Shown one piece after another: positions 33,869 through 44,697 of a stretch of 44,697 bases of DNA; position 1 is the stretch's first letter, and each line of letters starts with the position of its first letter. The DNA lies in contig NC_068989.1 of the NCBI RefSeq assembly GCF_001194135.2, positions 35,541,389 through 35,586,085 of the forward strand, in the 5' to 3' direction. Source of the stretch: Octopus bimaculoides (lineage: Eukaryota). The notes beneath the pieces were generated by a model. That model did not search any database. It was not told where the DNA came from and saw only the letters and a list, made by a program, of their open reading frames with translations. The position numbers were made by a program, and so were the translations under genes.

Positions 33869-36064
33869 TTATTGTTGTTATTAATCAACTATGTTTAAGT
33901 AATTGCACCCTCTACTACTTATAAAGATCAACATAAATATAACGGTGTAGCACTTTTTATCAACAGCTATTTAGCATTGTATGACAATGAAGTTTATTGC
34001 CTTCCATAATGACTTAGCATTCTTTAACAAGACATGAGCACCAGATAGTATATTGCCTTCTATATAAGTTACATATTAAGTTTAGTCATAGTTAACCACA
34101 AACACATAGACACATGTATACACACGGTTATATTTACATGTAAATGTCTGTGCAGCCTCACCAACACATTACTCACCTTTAGTTATTGTATTGTTCATTA
34201 TTTAATGGTCTAGGCAAAAGTCTGTGTATTTTGTCAAATGAGTTCAGAAGTGACAAACAGCCCCAAACCAGTCATGTCTGACCTACTTAGTCTGACATCA
34301 ACAGACAAGCTGCTCTCCCATGTTATTCTCTGAGAGACTGAGCTTTTAGTGAAGAGTTCGCTTGTCACCATGGAAACCAACCATTTCCATGCTATGTATC
34401 CATTTCTTTGCAATTACTACAAGCCTGTACACAACGTTTTCGATTCTAGAATGGTGGGGAAATTTCCCACATGCTTCGTTGTAAGCTTGGCTTGTGGTCA
34501 GTGCTGCTTACCAATACTAGTTCTCAGCAAAGATTCTTGTTTTAGAAGTAAAATGAGTTGCAATTTTAAACCAAATCCCCTACATGTAATCCTTGTCCCT
34601 CTGTCTAAAATAGGGATCTGTACACACTTCAGTCCCTTAGATAATATGTTTACAGTCCTTTAGGGAATAATCTCTTGTTAAATCTTTTTTACTTTGCTTT
34701 CGAACTTTAATTCCTTAAACGGGAACAAAAACTATGTAGTAAAAATACAATACATAAAAGTCAAGTAGAATAATTTGGACTGTGAAAATAGAGAAAATTC
34801 CAACTCATTTTGCCCTTGGGGAAGGGCCATAGTTTCTTTACTTCTGAACTTCTTTGTTTCCCAGCCTTAACAGGAATATTAGTTAAAGCCTTGTTATTGT
34901 TGGCTTTCCTGTCACTGTCAGTTGCTGGACGTCATCTACAACTGGTATGACAATAAAGTGGAAGAAGGCAATTAAATTAGACTTGTTAATCTCATACCAG
35001 TATAATGTTACAGTTAATATATGAAGCAGTGATACATTTTAATTATACATGCGTGCATGCACACACACATGCATACACACACAAGTTTTGAAACAAGCAT
35101 AAATAATTTGTTTACACAAGTACTATTGTACTCCACTCTATGTGGTGACACTGGAGTCTTAAATGTAACTGAGTGGAAGATTAAAAGACATCAGTATTCA
35201 ATGAGTGAGCTATGAAGCTTGTTAAATAAATTGATAATCCATAGTTTGGTGTTTTAGAAAAGAAATAACATCAACAAAATATGTTTTCAATATTGAGCTT
35301 CAGGCATGGCTGTGATACCCTGTTCTTATTTTACTTTTATATTCTTGTTGGTGTTATTGTTGTTGTTGATGGTGTTGAAGACATGCCTTAAACTCTGCTT
35401 CTTCTTTATTTTGGTAAAATTATCTTACAGTATTATTATTTTTCTTTTTTAATCACACCCTTTACACTGAAATTGTTTCCCCCTTCTCCTATTTCCCATT
35501 TCCCATTTATATTTAATGAAAGGATTTTTATTAATTAATCAAGTTTTTTTTTTTTTTACTGCTGTATTTTCCATTTGTACTCTGACTGCTTCTAGAAGAG
35601 AATCCATTGATGTATATAGAAGTAATTTTGGCAAGCCAAAGACTGTGATAGGATTCTATAAATAAATGAGTTATCTTCAAACTTATAATTCACGTGTTTT
35701 GCCTTGTTTTTGATTTGTTTTATTTCTCTCTTGCTTTTTTCCATTCTTTTGAAAAATTTTCTGCTAATTTTATCTTTGAAAAAAATAATAAAGGGAAATA
35801 CCGTTTTTTAGAAATTTTTCTTTTCTTCCTCTATTCAATAGAGATGTGACTGGATTTTCATCGATGAGTTCATGAACCTTGGTTCTTTTCTCTAAAACTA
35901 TATATTTATATTTTATACTGTGAAACGTAATTTAATTTTAATTTTTAAAAAATTGAATTTAATTGAGTTTTTACCTGTAAATTTGGATTTTTATCCCTAA
36001 TATTATATATATATANNNNNNNNNNCCGAATATCGTATCCCAAAAGGATAGGTGATCAAAATCA

Positions 36065-36263
36065 AAAAATAAGCAACACGGATTTCAAAGGTGATTGCAG
36101 TACGCACGTTTCATGTTACTCCAATTTATTTAAGTAATGCGAGCATTACATTAAATGCAATATGAAGAGCAATCTTCAGCTGCATGAAAATGCTTGCATT
36201 ACTTAAATAAACTGGAGTAGCATGAAACGTGCGTACTGCAATCACCTTTGAAATCCGTGTTGC

Positions 36264-36271
<8 letters not shown>
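36065..36271. repeat. Foldback element next to (TA)n: 83-bp inverted arms, 41-nt spacer
   Basis: 36065-36147 and 36189-36271 are reverse complements with 3 mismatches; the spacer is itself quasi-palindromic. Confidence 0.93.
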
Positions 36272-36302
<31 letters not shown>

Positions 36303-36587
36303 CACTTACACATGGTACTTCTACACAATATGAGGGAGCTGGTTATGGAGTTGCCAGGTGAGTAAAACCTCTGTGTCCTTCCCAGGAAGTAAAATGGCCA
36401 TCATACATGTATCTTAGTTCCTTGAATATCATTAAAGCTAAGCCAAAGCTATGTATATTAATACATACTACAAAAATACATTGGTTTTACTAAGATGATA
36501 ATTGTATTATAATTCTGCCTATCACTTTATAGGTTGGCATGTGTGTTATGCACTGTCAGATAGTTAACATTAAAAATTGACATTATT

Positions 36588-36808
36588 AAGGTAGTGAGTT
36601 GGCAGAATTGTTAATATATCAGACAAAATGCTTTGCTGCATTTCGTCCATTTTTACATTTTGATTTTAAATTCTACTGTGGTCAGCTATCCCTTTCATCC
36701 TATTGGAGTCGCTAAAATAAGTACCATTCAAGTACTGGGGTCAATGTACTCAACTTGTCCCTTTGCTCAAAAACTTCTTGGCTTTGCAATAAAATTTGAA
36801 ACCATTAT
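36588..36808 (+). mobile_element. SINE, family A
   Basis: Family A head, CTTTCATCC core and GAAACCATTATT tail. Confidence 0.8.
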
Positions 36809-36934
36809 TGTTATATTTGTGTAACTAATAATGTACAAGAGCTGTTTGCTTGTAGGCAAACATTTCTACAAACCTTCTTTTCAGATCCTGAAAGCTGTCC
36901 CCCAACTCTCTACTTACTCCTTCCACCCTGTCCA

Positions 36935-39775
36935 CATCTGCAGGTTAACTGCAGTCAATGTAAGCACATTGAAAGGTAGGTCTGGTGGGATTGTGAAAAT
37001 GCTAGAACTGAACAGTCAGATTGAGAAGGATCTCAGCCAGAATCATCACAGGTGAAGATATAAAATCTTGGATAATGTTGGGTGGCATACATTTAGCAGA
37101 GAAATGGGTGAATAAAGTGATTGAGGTAGTCAGAATGTGTGAGAGGATAGTTAAGCTTAGACAAGTCTTGGAAAATTCAACAGCAGTTATTAACTCTGTC
37201 TATGTTCCTCAATCAAGAGAGCTGGGTAAACAAAAGGATCATTTTTATGATGTCCTTATGCAAGACTACCTCAATGACGATTGACTGTGGCCTAATCTCC
37301 ATGACTAGTAACTTCAATGGACATATTAGGCAGCATCCTGGTGGGTTCCATTGTGCACAATGGGGACATGGACTTGGTTCTTGAAATGAGGAGGGAATAA
37401 AGCACTTCAAGTTCTGTGATGCAAATGATTAATTGATCTGCAATACTAACTTCAGGAAACCAACCAGTCACTTGATAACCTATCAATCTGATGGGCACAC
37501 AAATCAGATCGACTATATCCTCACCAGAAAGTAGGATAGACAGGTTTTTGTAAATGTGAAGTCCTGGCCAGGTGAAGAATGTGCTATCTGACATAGGTTA
37601 GCCATTAGTAATTTCAAGTTTAGATCTAGAAGGACTCAGAGACACAAGCCAGTATGGAAAAGGATAATATGAAAGCTTAAAGATCCATTGAACAATCAAA
37701 GATTTAGAGAAGTCCTAATTGTAGTATTTGAGGAAGAGAAGAATATAGAGACATAAAACATTGAAGTAAACTGGAAGTTCTTACAGAACAATATTCTGAG
37801 TCCTACATAACTAAATTGTGACTGGTGCAAAATTCCAGCCAGATCAAGGGTGATGTAGCAGGGGAACTATGAAGTAGACAGAACCATAAATGCAAAGATA
37901 CAGGCTTGGAAAAATAGGGGTGGTGTAGAATTATACCAAGTAGCTAGAAGAGAAGCTATGTGATGTGTCTATTAAGCAAGAGGAATGGAAGATGTTTGCC
38001 AATGCCCTACATTGTGAGTACCAGTTACATGCGATGTTCTGGACTGTAAAACAATCTGTCAGATAAAATCATGATGTTGCAGGAGAGAAGTGTGTATGAA
38101 TGAATGATGGTACACTTGCATTGAGTGATTCTGAAATGAAAGTGTCACTATGAGAAGTTACTAAATGTGAGAAATGCATGGGGGAAGAAGAGTTTGCCTA
38201 AAGTGAATATTTCAGGGGTATCAGCTACTGTAGTTGACAGCAGTATGATAGATAAAGCAATTAAAGATATGAAAGCAGGCTCTTGGTTCTTCAGGAATTA
38301 CCACCAAAATGTGTAAAATATGTGGCAGAGTGGAATATGGCTTTTCAAGCAGTATAGGAAGGTGCCATACACAATTATTGGTGTAGCAGCAGTATAGTCA
38401 AGTGTTATAAGGGTGAAGAGTTGCCTTAGAGAGGTGTAATTACAGAAGTATCAGATTGTTAGACCAGCTTTTGAAAATTACAAAGTTATAGCTTAATTAG
38501 GAAGAGAGACTAGATGAGATGCAGTTTGGTTCTGTCCTAGAGAGAAGTACTACTAATGCTCTCTTTCTAATAAGGCAACTGCAAAAGTATTTAGCCAAAA
38601 GTAAACCATTGTACTTGGTTTTTGTCAACCAGGAGAAATCCTTTCACAGGATCCCTTGTTCCCTGATTTGGTGCTTGTTGTAGAAATTAGGAGTAGATGA
38701 ATGGCTGGTGAGAGCTATCCAAACCATGTACAAGGGTGCTGTCAATAACGTGAGAGTGCACAATGAGTACAGTGATGAATTTAGTGTGTAGGCAGGTTAC
38801 CAGCATTTAGTTCGTAATCCCCTTCAATTTATCATTGTCCTCCAAGCCATAACAGATGTTGTTTGTAGGGACTCATATATGGTAATGACTTTGTCCTTGT
38901 AGTTGAATAAGAAAAGAAATTCTTGGTTTGGAAGCAAAATTTAAAATCAAATGGCCTTAAAATTAACTTAGCCAAGTCCAAAGTTCTAGTAAGCAGGAAA
39001 ACAAACAATATGCTGTCAGGAAAATGCGTAGGAAGGTGTAGGCAGTTATTCTTCAATACATAGGAAGGCGTAGGCAGTTATTCTTCATGGTACATCTAAG
39101 GCAAACTATGGACGCACAAGATGTGTGGTGGAATCACTGGAAAATTAACAGAGAGCGTAAGCTTTGTGGCAAATATACAGGAACAATAAACACTGAGAAT
39201 ATACAGGAAATAGAATTTTCTCAGGTGTCCAGAAGGATCCTTAGAGGTAGTAGACAGCTTTTGTTACCTACATGAGGATGTTTTGAAAGTATAGTTGCTA
39301 GAATATGAACTGGCTAGTGAAATTTCAGAGAGCTATTACTTTTGTTGGCAACAGGTAGATTGTATGATACAGGTGTACAAACAGTACTGCTACATGGTAG
39401 TGAAACATGGGCTATGAAAGCAGTGGACATGCACAAACTAGAAAGAAATTAAGCTAACATACTTCACTGAATGTGTAAAATTAATGTGCATGTATGACTA
39501 AGAGCAAATATGTTCAGAGAAAAATTAGGCATATGAGGTACCAGATGTTGTGTGCAAGAGAAAAGACTGTGTTGGTAAGGTTATGATGCATATGAATGAG
39601 GATAGCTCCATGAAGATGCACTGATTGCTAAATGTGTATGGAAATTATCAAGGAACTAGATTCAAGATGTGGGACAAAGTAATGAAGACAGACCTCAGGT
39701 TGTTGAGCCTTATGGAAGAGATGGCAAAGGATTGAGATGAATCGTGATTTTCTGTGCTGGAGAAGACCCACTCAT
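36935..39775 (+). mobile_element. Long decayed RTE-clade LINE (APE endonuclease + RT)
   Basis: NVSTLKGRSGGIV, NFNGHI, NQIDYILT (APE); FVNQEKSFHRIP, LIYGNDFVL, VDSFCYL (RT); RTE-type C-terminus. Many stops, deletions and a 32-bp internal duplication (39029/39061). Confidence 0.88.
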
Positions 39776-40112
39776 CTCAGCAGAAATGAAGTCCCAAGAG
39801 CATATTGTTAATCCCTTTGCTTCTGCACTCAATCAGTACTTATCAAGTTTTCTCAGCAACTCATCTTTGTAATACTAATCTTACCTTCTCTCCTCTAACT
39901 ACAGCACAATTTCCTCAGCTGACATAATTATATGAAAGCAGAGCTGCAAACATTCCATCCAGCTTCTGTGCTACATGTATTTTCTTTCCTTGAAACCACT
40001 TTCCTTGCCATGCATCTTGCACTCAGCACCATCTCTTGCCACTATATTTCCACTGAATGCTCATTTTCCCTGAACACCCTCTCATGTTCTCACACACACA
40101 CACACACACACA

Positions 40113-40232
40113 GTCCCTCAACCAAATCCACTCACAAGATTTTCGTCGACCTGGAACTATAGTAGAAAATATTTGCCCAAGAAGCAGTACAAGGAAACTA
40201 AACCTGAAACCACATAGCTGGAAAGTTGAACA
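40113..40232 (-). mobile_element. SINE, family B
   Basis: CCAAATCCACTCACAAG...CTATAGTAGAAAA. Confidence 0.7.
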
Positions 40233-40730
40233 CGATTGAAACAGTATTATATTTAAATTACCATCTGGGTATCATACTAAATGTATATTACACTGTTGAA
40301 AGGTAGGATTATGTTACTGTCTAAGAAAACAATCTCTTCATGTTGTGTTAAAAATGCAAGATATATCGAAATGAGGTGAACGTCACAGCAGTGGCTCACA
40401 AGAACGACAGACACATTTCACCTCACCTGAAGCTTGTCAATGACATATACTTACTAGTCACATGTCTAGATGAAATTTGTCCCCCTCCAATATGTAGAAA
40501 ACACTGAATAATACATTCACTTTCTTGGTGAACACAATTAAAACACTATTACATTAAAATTACTATGTGCATATCATACTAAATGTATGGCATTTAGTAA
40601 ATGTAAGGCATGAAGCTGTGTTTTTTGTCTGAGAGAAAATCTCTTTACAGACATGTGTTGAAACCACAATATATACCATTACAGCAGTGATTCATGAGAA
40701 TAACAGATAAAAACCACAGCCTCATACCTT
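40228..40730. repeat. Degenerate direct duplication, about 302-bp period
   Basis: GAACAC.ATT.AAACA.TATT, ATCATACTAAATGTAT, AATCTCTT and ACAGCAGTG each occur twice about 300 nt apart. Confidence 0.7.
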
Positions 40731-40895
40731 CCATCAGTGTTTGTTCACATTAGCATAGGTTAGACAGTAACTTATTTGAAGCAGGATTTTGCTGCCAGCT
40801 CTTCCTTTTGTCAGCCCTTGAATGTTTTTCAAGGAAAAGATGTTTTTATTCCGTAGGTTTTTGAAAACACAGAGCAACCAATCAAAATTCTTTCT

Positions 40896-41106
40896 TATTT
40901 TGGCACAAGGCCTGTATATTTAGGGGAGTGAGAAAAGTTAATTACATAGACCCAGTGCTCAACTGGTACTTAATTTGTCAATCCCCAAAATGATGAAAGG
41001 CAATCAACTGCAGGGTCAAGCATTTGAACTCAGAATATAAACTTGGAAGAAATTCTGCTAAATATTTTGTCTGGTGTTTCAATGATTCTACCAGCTCATT
41101 TCCTTA
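40896..41106 (-). mobile_element. SINE, family A
   Basis: Reverse-complement family A motifs. Confidence 0.75.
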
Positions 41107-41196
41107 GTGCAATCAGTCATAATATCAACAAGAATGTAATGATCTATGTTTTGCACAGTCAGTGATAAGTGACTGTCCACATAAGGACATACACAT

Positions 41197-41700
41197 ATCA
41201 TCATCATCATCACTTTACATTCATTTTCTATGCTGGCATCAGTAGGACGGTTTGACAAGATTCATTAGGCCAGAGGACCATACCTTGTTCTAATGCTTCA
41301 TGATTTCCTAAAAACAAACCATTTTACATCACATATTAGGTATGTTTTTTTTCATGGCATTAGAAATGTTACCTTGTCCTCAGCAACACTAAAGATCCCT
41401 CTCAAGCTCTGCATTGATTACCAGTTATGCAGTTACTGGGTGTTTTTTGTGGCATTTGTATTGTTGGTATTACTGCGAAGCTTGCACGGTGAAAGACAGC
41501 TCCCACCACCATGGTGGATAGAACAGATTTATTGTTGTGAGAGGATGGTAATAGAGAAAATAAGAGGAAACAGTATTGTAGAGGGAATAATGGAGACAGA
41601 GGAGAGAGACAGGGGAAAGGTAACGCCAGGGATTAGTGTGAAGAATAGAGGAGTCAAAGTGGTGATGGTTATAGTTTGGGTTGAGCAGGTGGACCCAGTG
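41197..41700 (-). mobile_element. Family C retroposon with pyrimidine-rich (minus strand) body
   Basis: (CAT)n tail, decayed core, then a purine-rich plus-strand tract. Confidence 0.6.
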
Positions 41701-41711
41701 ATAGGGAAGCT

Positions 41712-41960
41712 CAGTCTGTCTGCCATGCCAGCATGGGTTGGACAGTTTAATAGGGTTCAAGGCAGTTGAATAAGACAAAATTTGCTGAGGCAGATTTCAA
41801 CCTCCAGATGCCCTTCCTCTTATCACTACACCCCTGTTTCCATGCAAGGTAATATTTCCCAATGGTCAGGTTTGTTTTTCATGGAAGAATGGAAAGAAAC
41901 AACATAGTTTGTATAATGGTGACACTAGTTTACAACTATCCTATGACAAGAGTACACATA
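41712..41960 (-). mobile_element. Family C variant
   Basis: GCATGGGTTGGAC...GATGCCCTTCC...CCTGTTTCCATGCAAGGTAATATTTCCC. Confidence 0.7.
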
Positions 41961-41999
41961 AACACATACATATATGTACACATATATCTTTTATCTTTC

Positions 42000-42460
42000 A
42001 CTTGCTAGGGCACTCCCTTGAAATTTTAGTCGAAGGAATCAACCCCAGTACTTATTTTTTTTTAAAGCATGGTATTCATTCATTCTATTGGTCACTTTTG
42101 CTGAACCACTAATTTACGGGGACATAAACACACAAACACCAGCTGTCAAGCAGTGGTGGGGGACAAACACAAACACACATACATGACAGGCTTCTTTCAG
42201 TTTCTGTCCACCAAATCCACTCACAAGGCTTTGATTGGCTCAAGGTTATAGTAGAAAATACTTACCCAAGGTATCAGGCAGTAGGACTGAACCTGGAACA
42301 ATGTGGTTGGGAAGCATGTTTCTTACCACACAGCCACACATAAGGTTTTTGTTGGCCTGGGACTATAGTACAATAGTAGAGGACACTTACCCAAGGTGTT
42401 GTGAATGGGACTGAACCCAAAACCACATGGTTAGGAAGCAAGCTTCTTAAGCACACATTC
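42000..42460 (-). mobile_element. Family B SINE plus tandem partial second head
   Basis: CTTACCCAAGGT...GGACTGAACC...CATGTGG occurs twice (about 42260 and 42390). Confidence 0.8.
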
Positions 42461-42510
42461 AAAACTATTTCATAAATGATAATAATTTATTGATGTAGTA
42501 ATGACTTAAT

Positions 42511-42723
42511 TAATGGTTTCAAATTTTGTCACAAGGGCAGCAATTTTGAGGGAGGGGATGAGTCAAATACATTGACCCCCACTGTTCAACTGGTACTTAT
42601 TTCATCAACCCTGAAAGGCAAAGTCGACCTCAGTAGAATTTGAACTCAGAATGTAAAGACGAATGAAATACTGCTGAGCATTTTGCCTGGTGTGCTAACA
42701 ATTCTGACAGCTTGCCACCTTAA
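42511..42723 (-). mobile_element. SINE, family A
   Basis: Reverse-complement family A motifs, including GAAAGGCAAAGTCGACCTC. Confidence 0.8.
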
Positions 42724-42815
42724 TGAATAACACAAACACATTTTTCTGCCAGCTCGCTGACTTAATTAATAACACAAACACAATTTTCATAAAATTGTAT
42801 CCATTTTATTTCAGC

Positions 42816-42818
<3 letters not shown>

Positions 42819-42861
<43 letters not shown>

Positions 42862-43434
42862 NNNNNNNNNNNNNNNNNNNNNNNNNNNNNNNNNNNNNNN
42901 NNNNNNNNNNNNNNNNNNNNNNNNNNNNNNNNNNNNNNNNNNNNNNNNNNNNNNNNNNNNNNNNNNNNNNNNNNNNNNNNNNNNNNNNNNNNNNNNNNNN
43001 NNNNNNNNNNNNNNNNNNNNNNNNNNNNNNNNNNNNNNNNNNNNNNNNNNNNNNNNNNNNNNNNNNNNNNNNNNNNNNNNNNNNNNNNNNNNNNNNNNNN
43101 NNNNNNNNNNNNNNNNNNNNNNNNNNNNNNNNNNNNNNNNNNNNNNNNNNNNNNNNNNNNNNNNNNNNNNNNNNNNNNNNNNNNNNNNNNNNNNNNNNNN
43201 NNNNNNNNNNNNNNNNNNNNNNNNNNNNNNNNNNNNNNNNNNNNNNNNNNNNNNNNNNNNNNNNNNNNNNNNNNNNNNNNNNNNNNNNNNNNNNNNNNNN
43301 NNNNNNNNNNNNNNNNNNNNNNNNNNNNNNNNNNNNNNNNNNNNNNNNNNNNNNNNNNNNNNNNNNNNNNNNNNNNNNNNNNNNNNNNNNNNNNNNNNNN
43401 NNNNNNNNNNNNNNNNNNNNNNNNNNNNNNNNNN

Positions 43435-43460
<26 letters not shown>
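42819..43460. repeat. (TA)n spanning assembly gap 42862-43434
   Basis: Direct inspection. Confidence 0.95.
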
Positions 43461-43465
<5 letters not shown>

Positions 43466-43869
43466 AACATTTTATTATATATTTATGTAAATGGATATAT
43501 CAGTGTCAATAAGAGAAAGAAAAATGTATACTCAATACCATAAGTAGAGTGAAATGGTTGACTGGAAGCTGAAACTTCACAGATCAGACAATGGGCAACG
43601 GAAATCTCAGAACAATAATACAATAATTTGCAAAGATTCAGTTTGTAACAAATTACATGCGCATCTTTCTATATATATATATATATATGATGATAGTGTT
43701 ATATAATTAATATTATTACCCTCACTGCCACTGCAGAGTTCCTGAAGTAGATCCAATAGATGTGTACCACAATTGCAAATGACCACAGGTAGCCTAAACT
43801 GCACCAGTGCTCTATTCAACATTTAAACACACTCATTTACTTATACTTATTTGTCCAAATTATTTATTA

Positions 43870-43919
43870 TTATAATTATATATATATAAATATAATATGT
43901 ATATATAATTATATGTATG

Positions 43920-43957
<38 letters not shown>

Positions 43958-44058
43958 NNNNNNNNNNTATATATATATATACACATACATATATACACAT
44001 ACATATATACACATATAATTATATATATATACATATAATTATACATATATATATACAA

Positions 44059-44089
<31 letters not shown>

Positions 44090-44233
44090 ATTATATGTAT
44101 ATATATATATAGGTAGAATTCACAAAAACAACAAGACGAAGACAGGTGGTGTAGACAACAAACAGATGTTATATATATATATATATATATACACATACAT
44201 ACATACATATAATTATATATATATACACACATA

Positions 44234-44273
<40 letters not shown>

Positions 44274-44311
44274 ATTATGTATATATACACATATAATTAT
44301 ATGTATACATA

Positions 44312-44369
<58 letters not shown>

Positions 44370-44520
44370 TATATATATAGACATATAATTATATATATGT
44401 ATATATATATATATGTATACACACACACACACACATATATATATAATTATATATACACATAATTATATCTATACGCATATATATACATATAATTATATAC
44501 ACATACAATTATATATATAT
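43870..44520. repeat. Compound (TA)n/(CA)n satellite with recurring CATATAATT, gap 43958-43967
   Basis: Direct inspection. Confidence 0.9.
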
Positions 44521-44657
44521 ATAAATATAAAAATAGATTTGTGAAATATTATTACCATTCTTGCTCATGTGTATATTTATCGTAAAATTCATGGTTTTTT
44601 GAAGCTGTAGCTTTGAATTTTGGCAAGGGGTATTTTTACCCTTCTTTTCTTCAGTTA

Positions 44658-44697
<40 letters not shown>

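Noticed and set aside
41293-41769. 158-aa ORF, and the 148-aa ORF at 5584-6030
   Set aside because: Compositionally skewed repeat sequence with no recognisable domain; stop-poor frames are expected there.
43535-43610. Second minus-strand exon (ISVAHCLICEV...)
   Set aside because: It would need a GAG acceptor with no pyrimidine tract, and the peptide is not recognised.

Overview
AT-rich, microsatellite- and SINE-dense animal genomic DNA with four assembly gaps. The repeat families resemble those of octopus or another coleoid cephalopod, which is an inference. The + strand carries the last 16 coding exons of the glycogen debranching enzyme gene AGL (207-32341). All introns are GT-AG, all phases are compatible, and the spliced length is 2442 nt (813 aa + TGA); the gene start lies upstream of the window. 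Exon numbers are local to this window. The introns and downstream DNA hold a decayed hAT transposase split by a Helitron-like insert, a mariner and a full-length pogo/Passer-type element. They also hold RTE and CRE LINE remnants, piggyBac- and Charlie-type MITEs and several SINE families. No new multi-gene system is supported. The best leads are a hammerhead-ribozyme-like core inside a (TA)n-embedded palindrome, a 65-bp G:U-biased hairpin downstream of the AGL stop, a 5'-inverted (twin-priming-like) RTE insertion with a 12-bp TSD, and a WMDKMG to WMDMMG change beside the glucosidase catalytic Asp. SINE/LINE boundaries were read by eye and are approximate.
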